A DNA stretch of 26,923 bases, taken from IMG/VR virus record IMGVR_UViG_3300032321_000401, positions 1-26,923 of that record. One strand, given 5' to 3'. The position numbers were made by a program, and so were the translations under genes. Shown piece by piece: positions 1 through 7,955 of this stretch. Source of the stretch: a virus (lineage: Duplodnaviria; Caudoviricetes). The notes under the pieces are model-generated. The model did not search any database. It was not told the DNA's origin and was given only the letters and a program-made list of their open reading frames with translations. Numbering within the stretch: the stretch's first letter is position 1; each line of letters opens with the position of its first letter.

Positions 1-42
1 ATCGGGAAGCAACTTACCGCAGCCCTCTCTAAAATCCAATAA
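1..42 (+). CDS. 3' end of an upstream gene (IGKQLTAALSKIQ*), product not determinable
   Basis: Open frame from base 1 to TAA at 40-42, which overlaps the AAGGA RBS of the next gene. Confidence 0.55.
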   Translation: MGKQLTAALSKIQ

Positions 43-54
43 GGAACTAAACAA

Positions 55-714
55 ATGTCAAACTTAACTACATTTTCAGCAGCAAATTTACCTTCAGTTA
101 CCGCATTATCTACGGCGCTTCGCGCATTAGAAACCGATGTAGGAACCGCAGGCGTTGTCATTATCAAGATGGACAAGACAGGTCATTGGGTGTTCGGTGC
201 AGACCAAACCGAAATCGAAGATGATTCTACATGGGCAGTCAATCCGTTCTCATTCGTGCATGGTCACATCGCATGGGGTGATGGTGAAGTGCTTGGCGAG
301 AAGATGGTATCTGTATCTCAGCCATTGCCTGAACTAGAGCCTGCGCCTCCTAATGCTAAAAAGGGTTGGGAAACGCAAGTCGGTATGTCAATGAAGTGCA
401 TCTCTGGTGAAGACAAAGGTATGGAAGTACGCTACACAACAACGTCAGTTGGTGGCAAGCGTGCCGTACAAGCCTTGGCCGTTGCGATTGCTACGCAAGT
501 AGACGCTGATCAGTCTAAGCCTGTACCGATTGTGATACTCAAAAAAGAGCATTACAGTCACAAGTCTTATGGCCGTATCTTTACGCCTATCTTTGATATT
601 CAATCATGGGTCAGTATGGATGTCGAGTCAAAAGAAGAAGCACCCCAAGAAGAAGCTGAAGCACCTGCAATAGAAGCGTCAGCACCTGCAACCCGTCGCC
701 GTAGAGGAGCATAA
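55..714 (+). CDS. Putative single-stranded DNA-binding protein
   Basis: 219 aa, AAGGA RBS, aromatic-rich beta core (GHWVFG, HGHIAW, YGRIFTPIF), acidic Ala/Pro tail, located just upstream of the polymerase. Function inferred from context. Confidence 0.6.
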   Translation: MSNLTTFSAANLPSVTALSTALRALETDVGTAGVVIIKMDKTGHWVFGADQTEIEDDSTWAVNPFSFVHGHIAWGDGEVLGEKMVSVSQPLPELEPAPPNAKKGWETQVGMSMKCISGEDKGMEVRYTTTSVGGKRAVQALAVAIATQVDADQSKPVPIVILKKEHYSHKSYGRIFTPIFDIQSWVSMDVESKEEAPQEEAEAPAIEASAPATRRRRGA

Positions 715-715
715 T

Positions 716-889
716 ATGATTAAGCTAGAACTTAGTATTGAAGAAGTAAATGCTATTTTGTCTGTGTTAGGTAAAGCGCCTTATGAGTTTGCGCAGCCTT
801 TGATTGACAAAATTAAGCAGCAAGGTATTCCACAAGTTCAAGCAATTGAATCTGCGGGGGTTGTTGATGCCGAGGCAGTTGTTCAGTAA
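716..889 (+). CDS. Small helical hypothetical protein, 57 aa (MIKLELSIEEVNAILSVLGKAPYEFAQPLIDKIKQQ...)
   Basis: Hand-translated; AGGAG RBS; TAA overlaps the polymerase ATG (TAATG at 887-891). Confidence 0.85.
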   Translation: MIKLELSIEEVNAILSVLGKAPYEFAQPLIDKIKQQGIPQVQAIESAGVVDAEAVVQ

Positions 890-2853
890 TGCTTTGGATT
901 GACTTTGAAACACGTAGTCGCTGTGACCTAATCAGTCATGGCGTCTACAACTACGCTAGGGATGCCAGCACGCAAGTGCTATGCCTCTCTTACGCGTTCG
1001 ATGATGAGGAGGTGCAGTCATGGCTTCCTCACCAACCTTTTCCTTGGCAGATTGTTGATTTTATTATTGCAGGCGGTCAAATCAGGGCGCATAACGCGGC
1101 CTTCGAGCGTCTGATTATGTGGTACGTTTTATGTCCTGACCAAGGCATACCTGAACCAAAGTTACAACAGTTTTATTGCACCGCAACGCAAGCACGTGCT
1201 AATTGTGCGCCTGGCTCACTTGAGGATGTTGGTAGGTTCTCAGGCGCTAATATGCGTAAGGATCACCGTGGCAATCAGTTGATACGTTTGTTATCTATTC
1301 CTAAGTCAGATGGTACGTTCAATGACGATCCAACACTCATGGCGGAGATGGTCGATTACTGCGAACAAGACGTACGTGCGATGCGTGCGATTAGCCAAGC
1401 TATGCGTCAACTTTCAGATGATGAGCTGATGGATTATCATATTAACGAGCAAATCAATGACCGTGGTGTATTGTTAGATAAATCACTTGCTGAGTCAGCG
1501 ATCAAGTATGCAAGTGTTGAATTAGAAGAAATAGAAAAGATTGTCGCCGAGGTAACAGAAGGCGAGATCACGAGCGTGCGCAGCCCCAAGATGCGTGAAT
1601 GGGTGTTAGCACGTGTTGGAGATGAAGCAAAAAAATTAATGGAAATTTATAAAGATGGAGAAAAGAAATATTCAATCGACAAGTCAGTTCGAGCTAACCT
1701 TCTTATTCTTGCTGAAGAAAACCCCGATGAAGTACCGCCGCAAGTTGCTGATGTTATCCAATGTGCGGACGACTTATGGGCGTCTAGTGTTGCGAAATTC
1801 AACCGATTAAAGGAGCTAGCAGATGAAGAAGATAACCGAGTTCGTGGAGCATTTGTGTTTGCAGGAGGATCAGCGACAGGGCGTGCTAGCAGTTACGGCG
1901 CCCAAGTACACAACTTTACCCGCAAGTCCGCTAAAGATCCTGATGCCGTTAGACAGGCTATGGTTAGAGGCCACGCAATTGTCCCTGCCTTTGGAAAGCG
2001 TATCACCGATGTACTTAAGTCAATGCTTAGACCTGCCCTCATACCCGATAGGGGAAAATCATTAGTTGTTGCTGACTGGTCAGCAGTTGAGGCACGCGTT
2101 AACCCGTGGCTATCCAACTGCCCCGCAGGTGTTAGGAAGTTAGATTTATTCCGTACGGGTGAGGACGTTTACAAGGTCAATGCGAGTGCTACCTTTCACG
2201 TGCCAGTAGCTCAAATAACGAGCGAGCAACGTCAAATTGGTAAGGTGCAAGAGTTAGCGTGCGGCTTTGCAGGTGGTGTTGGCGCGTTTGCTGCAATGGG
2301 TAGGGCGTACGGTATTTTGTTACCTGAAGCCGAAGCCAAGCGCATGGTTAATGGTTGGCGTGTAGCGAATCCGTGGGCGGTACCGTATTGGCAAGACCTT
2401 GAAAATGCGTACACTAGGGCGATGCGAAACAAGGGGCATGAGTTTAGCGCAGGGCGCGTGACTTATCTTTTTGATGGTCAGCATCTTTGGTATGCTTTAC
2501 CTAGTGGACGTGTGTTATGCTATCCATTCGCCCGATTAGAACAAGATGGAGTCAGTTATGCTAAAGCAGCATGGAAACCCGCAGCCGACGCAACAGAGTG
2601 GCCAAGAGCTAGACTCTGGCGCGGTCTTGCCTGTGAAAACATCACGCAAGCTGTCGCAAATGATTTACTTCGACATTCTTTGCGTGGCTTGGCTGATGTT
2701 GTCTTGCATGTACACGATGAAATTGTGGTTGAAACGTCTGAGCCAGAAATCGTAGTAGAAAAAATGAAGCAAGTCATGTGTACGCCGCCTGCATGGGGAG
2801 AGGGTTTACCCTTAGACATAGAGGTAAGCACCATGACGCGTTACGGTAAGTAA
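889..2853 (+). CDS. polA: Family A DNA polymerase with 3'-5' exonuclease domain
   Basis: ExoI IDFET, ExoII HNAAFE, ExoIII YCEQD; motif A ADWSAVEAR, motif B RQIGKVQELACGF, motif C HVHDEI. Confidence 0.96.
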   Translation: MLWIDFETRSRCDLISHGVYNYARDASTQVLCLSYAFDDEEVQSWLPHQPFPWQIVDFIIAGGQIRAHNAAFERLIMWYVLCPDQGIPEPKLQQFYCTATQARANCAPGSLEDVGRFSGANMRKDHRGNQLIRLLSIPKSDGTFNDDPTLMAEMVDYCEQDVRAMRAISQAMRQLSDDELMDYHINEQINDRGVLLDKSLAESAIKYASVELEEIEKIVAEVTEGEITSVRSPKMREWVLARVGDEAKKLMEIYKDGEKKYSIDKSVRANLLILAEENPDEVPPQVADVIQCADDLWASSVAKFNRLKELADEEDNRVRGAFVFAGGSATGRASSYGAQVHNFTRKSAKDPDAVRQAMVRGHAIVPAFGKRITDVLKSMLRPALIPDRGKSLVVADWSAVEARVNPWLSNCPAGVRKLDLFRTGEDVYKVNASATFHVPVAQITSEQRQIGKVQELACGFAGGVGAFAAMGRAYGILLPEAEAKRMVNGWRVANPWAVPYWQDLENAYTRAMRNKGHEFSAGRVTYLFDGQHLWYALPSGRVLCYPFARLEQDGVSYAKAAWKPAADATEWPRARLWRGLACENITQAVANDLLRHSLRGLADVVLHVHDEIVVETSEPEIVVEKMKQVMCTPPAWGEGLPLDIEVSTMTRYGK

Positions 2854-2881
2854 AAAAAACCCCTAGTTTTCGGCTAGGGGT
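2852..2881 (-). terminator. Hairpin with U-tract only on the minus strand
   Basis: ACCCCTAG (2859-2866) / CTAGGGGT (2874-2881), preceded on the plus strand by an A-run at 2852-2859. Confidence 0.65.
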
Positions 2882-2909
2882 CATTCAATTCACGAGAAGG
2901 AAACACAAA

Positions 2910-5219
2910 ATGCAAAATCTATTAGAGTATATAACAAAATTAGCCCCCGAGGGCGAAACAGCGTTGGTTGTGCGTCAAAAACCACAACTCAAGGACGGTC
3001 AGATGCAGTTCCACGCTGACGGTGCTATCAAATGCACATGGCCTGCCTATTTACCTACGCAATCGATGCGTAAGGGTGAGGCGTGGTACATCAATACTGC
3101 GTCATTTATCATTGATCGGTTTGAAGAAGGGCGCATATCAGCGTCAGCAGCCAATTGCGAATACGTCTTATTTATGATGCTTGATGACATCGGCACCAAA
3201 TCCAAGATACCCCCGCTTGCACCGACATGGATTTTAGAGACAAGCCCTGATAATTTTCAGTATGGTTACGCGTTCTCTGAACAACCATCGAAGGGTGAGT
3301 TTACCGCAGCTGTCAAGGCGATTGCGCAGGCAGGCTATACAGACGCAGGGGCGACCAATGCTGTACGTAATGTGCGCTTGCCTGGTTCCGTCAACCTCAA
3401 GCCTGGACGTGATAATTTTGAAGCGCGTTTGGTTGAGTTTCATCCTGAGCGTGAATATACATTAGACGATATTTGCGTGGCGTTAGACGTGACGCCTGAG
3501 CCTGCCGATACCAATCACTACGCGCCGATTCGGTTAGTAGACAATGGCGAGGATGACGTGTTAGCATGGTTAAACAATCAAGGCCTCATCTTGTCCAAAA
3601 TTAATGGCGAGGGGTGGTTATCAGTCACTTGCCCTAACAATGCCGAGCATACCGACGGTAATCCCGAGGGTCGGTACAAACCCTTAGACCGTTCGTATTG
3701 CTGCTTACATTCGCATTGCGTAGAGTTTGATTCCAAGTCGTTTTTAGCGTGGGTTGCTGCCAATGGTGGCCCAACTGTTAACCATGGCCTCCGTGACGAC
3801 TTGATTGCTGAAGCGATGAACATCGCCTTATCTAAGATTAGTCCAACGGATATGTTTACAACGGATTCTGACACCATCATCGCAGAGGTCGAGCGTAAAG
3901 AGTTAGGACGTGTTGAAAAGGCTAAGTGGTATGAGAGGTTCGCATACGTGCAAGACGATGAGTCCTACTTTGATATACAAGACCGTCGTGAGATTAGCCG
4001 TCAGACGTTTAACGCATTGTTCCGTCATATTGACTGCAAGTCCATTCACTCTGGCACGCGTGTGCTACCTTCCATTTGTTTCGATGAGAACCGTCAAGCG
4101 ATGGGCGCTAAGGCGTTAGTAGGTATCACGTACGCTGCGGGTGAGTCCGTGATCGTGTCCCGTGACGGTGATTTGTACGGTAACAGATGGCGTGATGCTA
4201 GACCTGACGTTTCGAGCGTGGTCGCTGACGACAAGTCGGTTTTAGCGTGGCTAGACCATTGCCGTGACTTAGTGCCAGACGCTAGCGAGCTTGACCATTT
4301 ACTGAACATCATGGCGTTTAAGGTGCAACACCCAAGACTCAAGATCAATCATGCCGTGTTACATGGCGGTGATGAGGGTAGCGGTAAAGATACGATGTGG
4401 GCGCCTTTTATATGGGCGGTGTGTGGTAGCCACTTAAAAAACCGTGGCATCATGGATAACAACTCTATCAATTCACAATGGGGTTATCAATTAGAATCCG
4501 AAATACTGTTAATCAACGAATTAAAAGAACCTGATGCGTCAGCCCGTAGGCAGTTAGCGAATCAACTTAAGCCGATCATCGCAGCACCGCCTGAAATGCT
4601 ACCGATTAACCGTAAGGGTTTACACCCATATCAGATGGCCAATAGAGTGTTCGTTTTAGCGTTCAGTAACGACCCCGTGCCAATTAGTTTAGCGTCGCAA
4701 GATAGGCGTTGGTTTTGCGTGTGGTCAGCGTCACCTCGTATGAGTCCCGCACGTGCGCAGGCGCTTTGGGCGTGGTATCGCAAGGGTGGTTTTGAGTCGA
4801 TTTCAGCGTGGCTACATGCCCGTGACGTGTCGGCGTTCAATCCGTCAGCGTCGCCATTGATGACAGAGTTTAAAGCTAATCTGGTCGAGCATGGAATGAG
4901 CATGGCGGAGTCGTATCTCGTTGAGATGCTTCGTAACCGTGTAGGCGAGTTTACTAAGGGCGTGATAGGTTCGCCCTTCCATGCGCTTTGTGATAGGTTA
5001 GCAGGTACCGCGCCAAGTGGCGTCAAAGTGCCACAATCTGCGCTCTTACACGCTCTCAAGGAAGCGGGATGGGTAGACTGTGGGCGTATCAAGTCCCGTG
5101 AGTTTGACACAAAGAAGCATATCTTTGCTTCGCCTGAGCTTGCTAGCATACTAAGCAAGAGTGAGCTAAGGCGCGCGCTTGAAGATATCCCAACGCCTCA
5201 GACAGTAAAGCTTAAATAA
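2910..5219 (+). CDS. Primase-helicase: RepB-like (AEP) primase, Cys/His zinc-binding segment, NrS-1/DUF5906-like SF3 helicase
   Basis: MLDDIG, ILETSPDNFQ and VRLPGSVNLK primase motifs; CPNNAEH...CLHSHC; Walker A GDEGSGKD; Walker B LLINE; SN and DRRW motifs. Confidence 0.88.
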   Translation: MQNLLEYITKLAPEGETALVVRQKPQLKDGQMQFHADGAIKCTWPAYLPTQSMRKGEAWYINTASFIIDRFEEGRISASAANCEYVLFMMLDDIGTKSKIPPLAPTWILETSPDNFQYGYAFSEQPSKGEFTAAVKAIAQAGYTDAGATNAVRNVRLPGSVNLKPGRDNFEARLVEFHPEREYTLDDICVALDVTPEPADTNHYAPIRLVDNGEDDVLAWLNNQGLILSKINGEGWLSVTCPNNAEHTDGNPEGRYKPLDRSYCCLHSHCVEFDSKSFLAWVAANGGPTVNHGLRDDLIAEAMNIALSKISPTDMFTTDSDTIIAEVERKELGRVEKAKWYERFAYVQDDESYFDIQDRREISRQTFNALFRHIDCKSIHSGTRVLPSICFDENRQAMGAKALVGITYAAGESVIVSRDGDLYGNRWRDARPDVSSVVADDKSVLAWLDHCRDLVPDASELDHLLNIMAFKVQHPRLKINHAVLHGGDEGSGKDTMWAPFIWAVCGSHLKNRGIMDNNSINSQWGYQLESEILLINELKEPDASARRQLANQLKPIIAAPPEMLPINRKGLHPYQMANRVFVLAFSNDPVPISLASQDRRWFCVWSASPRMSPARAQALWAWYRKGGFESISAWLHARDVSAFNPSASPLMTEFKANLVEHGMSMAESYLVEMLRNRVGEFTKGVIGSPFHALCDRLAGTAPSGVKVPQSALLHALKEAGWVDCGRIKSREFDTKKHIFASPELASILSKSELRRALEDIPTPQTVKLK

Positions 5220-5251
5220 AAATAAAGCCCCAGTTAAGGGGCTTTTTATTT
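5219..5251. terminator. Bidirectional intrinsic terminator between converging operons
   Basis: AAAGCCCC (5224-5231)-AGTTAA-GGGGCTTT (5238-5245), A-rich left flank and T-rich right flank. Confidence 0.88.
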
Positions 5252-5264
5252 AGGGGTTAGGGGT

Positions 5265-5327
5265 TTATAAATCGAATAGCGCAATTAGTAGCGCAACTAC
5301 AACAACAACAATTAAAGCGTGCATCAT
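5265..5327 (-). CDS. 20 aa hydrophobic micropeptide MMHALIVVVVVALLIALFDL
   Basis: Hand-translated; GGAAGGTG RBS; ATGA overlap with the upstream ORF; ends just before the terminator. Confidence 0.65.
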   Translation of the reverse strand: MMHALIVVVVVALLIALFDL

Positions 5328-5434
5328 ATTGACACCTTCCCGTTATATTTACGCGCAAACATTTGCGCGCTTGTTTTGTTATTAAAGCGTATGGAATAAT
5401 CTTCCCCTTGTATTTTGTAATAGACTATATACAT
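5324..5434 (-). CDS. 36 aa basic hypothetical protein (MYIVYYKIQGEDYSIRFNNKTSAQMFARKYNGKVSI)
   Basis: Hand-translated; GGGAG RBS; fills the operon gap with overlaps on both sides. Confidence 0.7.
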   Translation of the reverse strand: MYIVYYKIQGEDYSIRFNNKTSAQMFARKYNGKVSI

Positions 5435-5592
5435 ACGTTCTCCCATATCTCGAGTTCTTCTTCAATTTTGTGCATTACCGTGCAAATATCGCCCCATTTA
5501 GCATCGTATTGAGCGTCGCCTTCAGGTATACAACTTTCGCGCATATCACAAAGGGCGTCCCATATTAACTCTAATTCGTCTCTTGATATCAT
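5425..5592 (-). CDS. 55 aa acidic hypothetical protein (MISRDELELIWDAL...)
   Basis: Hand-translated; GAGGGG RBS; ATGA overlap at 5589-5592. Confidence 0.8.
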   Translation of the reverse strand: MISRDELELIWDALCDMRESCIPEGDAQYDAKWGDICTVMHKIEEELEIWENVCI

Positions 5593-5885
5593 ATTGTCCC
5601 CTCTGCGCCTTGTATATAATGCTGTTTTTTAATATCAAAAAAACTAAAAGTTTCCCACGCTTTGCCGTTCTCTGTGGGGTCTATTACTAATTCATATTCA
5701 CGCGTGCCAATCCAAAAATAATGATGCGTGCGCTCTTTTAATACCGCGCCTGATTGCCCCATTTTGCCGTGTATAGCCCCTTTCGTGCCGTCATTAATAA
5801 TAATCCATCCTTCTTTATCGATATTAAAAATTAACGTAACAGTTACACGGGTAGTAAGTCTTACATAATGTATTGATGCTTTCAT
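5589..5885 (-). CDS. Hypothetical early protein, 98 aa
   Basis: ORF track; ATGA coupling at both ends; AAGGG RBS. Confidence 0.75.
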   Translation of the reverse strand: MKASIHYVRLTTRVTVTLIFNIDKEGWIIINDGTKGAIHGKMGQSGAVLKERTHHYFWIGTREYELVIDPTENGKAWETFSFFDIKKQHYIQGAEGTI

Positions 5886-6169
5886 GCTGTAACCCTTTCA
5901 TTAACAATTTGATCAATATAACAGTCGATAACGTCCCAATTAATCCCGTTGGTGCAATCGTGGTATTTATTAACACGCCTAAGCACTTCCCGTGCCTCAT
6001 TTTCCGTAATGGTCGAATCTTCGTCATCGTCCCACGCCTTCGATTGTCCCAATACATCGTCAATATGCCACCATGACGCAACCCAATCAGGGCTAGTAAG
6101 CCGTAAAATATCGTCGCTAGTGGGTATCTTCTGCCCTTCGGGTAGGTTTATTTCAATCATTACTTTCAT
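5882..6169 (-). CDS. Hypothetical early protein, 95 aa (WHIDDV...EAREVL...HDCTNGINWD)
   Basis: ORF track; GGAG RBS; ATGA coupling. Confidence 0.85.
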   Translation of the reverse strand: MKVMIEINLPEGQKIPTSDDILRLTSPDWVASWWHIDDVLGQSKAWDDDEDSTITENEAREVLRRVNKYHDCTNGINWDVIDCYIDQIVNERVTA

Positions 6170-6438
6170 ACGCTCTCCAATTCATAGATTAGTTCATAAG
6201 ATAAAACCTTAAAATCGTTATTACCGTCTTCCATGAGTTCTTTTAACTCGGATTCTCCGCCGTTACAATAATAAAAAATATGGGTATCTGGTACGCCGTG
6301 CGAATCGTTCCCCCAGTCCTGCCCGTCATCGTTCTCATAATCAATACCTGCATCGCCAAAGCTGAAATAATAGTTTTCTATCGGGTTCGCTTCGTCGCGG
6401 TATTGAATGGTCGCGTATGCGCCTATTGGATTGTTCAT
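6166..6438 (-). CDS. Very acidic hypothetical early protein, 90 aa
   Basis: ORF track; GAGGGGG RBS; 20 D/E versus 3 K/R by hand count. Confidence 0.85.
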   Translation of the reverse strand: MNNPIGAYATIQYRDEANPIENYYFSFGDAGIDYENDDGQDWGNDSHGVPDTHIFYYCNGGESELKELMEDGNNDFKVLSYELIYELESV

Positions 6439-6602
6439 AGATCCCCCTCTAATTTATCGTTCGCGCTTGCGTGGATATCCGCTAGCATTTGTCTAATTAA
6501 GCGCATTTTTTGCGCGTTGTCTAGGTTCTGTATACTGATAAGCGCCTGATTGTATTCACAATAGGCTAGCCCGTGTTTAGCTACTTCTTGGAGTAAAGAC
6601 AT
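6435..6602 (-). CDS. 55 aa hypothetical protein (MSLLQEVAKHGLAYCEYNQ...)
   Basis: Hand-translated; AAGGGG RBS; ATGA overlap with the next gene. Confidence 0.78.
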   Translation of the reverse strand: MSLLQEVAKHGLAYCEYNQALISIQNLDNAQKMRLIRQMLADIHASANDKLEGDL

Positions 6603-6604
6603 AA

Positions 6605-6784
6605 TTAAGCCCCTTTTAAAAATTGTTGTTGAATTTGTTGGATGACATCCTGCGCTTGCGTTATGGTTTCCTTGTCGTCTTCATATTGAGGGTTTGACGG
6701 TTCCATATCGTCAATGTAATAATCGCCAATACTAGATAACATTTCAAGCGCGGATAATTGCTCTTTGGTTAGTTCGATAAGCAT
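6605..6784 (-). CDS. 59 aa acidic hypothetical protein (MLIELTKEQLSALEML...)
   Basis: Hand-translated; GGAGGT RBS. Confidence 0.82.
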   Translation of the reverse strand: MLIELTKEQLSALEMLSSIGDYYIDDMEPSNPQYEDDKETITQAQDVIQQIQQQFLKGA

Positions 6785-6785
6785 A

Positions 6786-6884
6786 TTAAAAACCTCCCGT
6801 TTTGTAGACGTAAACGAGCGCCAATAGCGCGCCCATTATCGCCATGAATAGCCCGCCTAATAAGTAATCTATAAATGTTTTCAT
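6786..6884 (-). CDS. 32 aa single-pass membrane peptide (MKTFIDYLLGGLFMAIMGALLALVYVYKTGGF)
   Basis: Hand-translated; GAGGT RBS; ATGA overlap; about 20 uncharged hydrophobic residues. Confidence 0.78.
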   Translation of the reverse strand: MKTFIDYLLGGLFMAIMGALLALVYVYKTGGF

Positions 6885-7219
6885 TGTGTAACCTCATCGT
6901 GATTAGTTTCCCAGTTAGTCATATATTCGTCGGCGTACCATTCAGCAACGAACCAAACAACCGCATTTTTAAATTGAGTAGCACTATCGAGGTTTTTAAT
7001 GATGTAATCAGGCATTTCACCCGTCATATCCTTGTATTCTGCTAATACGTCGTGCAATTCGTGGGCAAACGCGTCGTATATATCGTTTGTTTCGTTATAG
7101 TAGATAAGCCCACTTACGCCATTCTGACAACCTGAATAGTTGATATTTTCCCAGTCAGGATGTTCATAAGTATCTAACATCCACTCTTTAAAACTATTAA
7201 ATTTTGAATAATCGCTCAT
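6881..7219 (-). CDS. Acidic 112 aa early protein, candidate Ocr-like DNA mimic
   Basis: ORF track; 22 D/E versus 5 K and no R; GLIYYNET motif. ORF is solid, function is inference. Confidence 0.7.
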   Translation of the reverse strand: MSDYSKFNSFKEWMLDTYEHPDWENINYSGCQNGVSGLIYYNETNDIYDAFAHELHDVLAEYKDMTGEMPDYIIKNLDSATQFKNAVVWFVAEWYADEYMTNWETNHDEVTQ

Positions 7220-7253
7220 TTTGTTTACTTTCGTTTAGATTAGTTTATTAAAT

Positions 7254-7275
7254 GCAAGGGATAACGCGCCCTTGC
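7254..7275. promoter_or_regulatory. Intergenic hairpin without U-tract
   Basis: GCAAGGG (7254-7260) / CCCTTGC (7269-7275), 8-nt loop. Confidence 0.55.
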
Positions 7276-7291
7276 CCGCGATTCACTAAAA

Positions 7292-7903
7292 TTAGATTAA
7301 GGCGCTAGTAAAATCAACGCTAACGGTCGCGCCCGCTTGATTAGTTACGCCGTTGCGCATTGGCATAACCACGCCTACAAAATTATCAACGCCCGCCAAA
7401 TGCACAAGCGCGCTAGAATTACCATTTTGATATAAATTGAGAGTAGCGGTTTTACTCCCGCCTAATAAATGTTGAACTTTTAAAAATTGAGTTAAATACT
7501 CATAATTGTAATTAGCTACCGTTCCATCAGTAGTGAATTGGCATACTCTCCGATAATCGGGGAATGTGCCTTCAATTTGTTGAAATACAATCTGTGTATT
7601 ACTGGCGGTAATTGTCCAACCCGTCGCGTTACCGTCGCATTTTTTAATTATCAGTATCGGGTCAATTTTGCCCGCCTTTGGTAGATTCTCGATTACTTCA
7701 CGCGGGATAATTACAGTTCCCGCGCCTTGATTGTCTTCGCTATGATGATTAAGAATACCTAATTTATGCCCGTCGGTTACAACGAGGCGCGTTGTCGTCG
7801 CGTTATATTCGACAAAAATACCGCATAAATAGTATCGGATATCACTTTTAGGCGCGAGAGTTAAGAGGGCTTTTAATTGTGATTGTTTAATAGAAAATTG
7901 CAT
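7292..7903 (-). CDS. Truncated DNA polymerase III beta-clamp (DnaN)-like protein, 203 aa
   Basis: DIRYYLCG, VTDGHKL, EGTFPDYRRV, NYEYL and VVMPMR match E. coli beta DVRYYLNG, ATDGHRL, DGRFPDYRRV, NVSYV and VVMPMR; AAGGA RBS. Confidence 0.9.
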   Translation of the reverse strand: MQFSIKQSQLKALLTLAPKSDIRYYLCGIFVEYNATTTRLVVTDGHKLGILNHHSEDNQGAGTVIIPREVIENLPKAGKIDPILIIKKCDGNATGWTITASNTQIVFQQIEGTFPDYRRVCQFTTDGTVANYNYEYLTQFLKVQHLLGGSKTATLNLYQNGNSSALVHLAGVDNFVGVVMPMRNGVTNQAGATVSVDFTSALI

Positions 7904-7934
7904 TTTAATGTTTTCCTTAGTTTAGTGAATTGTT

Positions 7935-7950
7935 GCGGGCTTGCGCCCGC
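7935..7950 (-). promoter_or_regulatory. GC hairpin with GCAA (GNRA) tetraloop in the early transcript
   Basis: Minus strand reads GCGGGC-GCAA-GCCCGC. Confidence 0.65.
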
Positions 7951-7955
7951 TTTGT

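Noticed and set aside
2137-2151. KLDLF in PolA as a clamp-binding motif
   Set aside because: Falls in the conserved helix after motif A (L..F..G.D), so it is probably structural, and it lacks the Gln.
889-2853. DpoZ / Z-genome system
   Set aside because: No purZ, datZ or mazZ in the window; the polymerase motifs alone are not diagnostic.
5249-5265. Telomere-like TTAGGGG x2
   Set aside because: Only two copies beside a terminator; compatible with chance.
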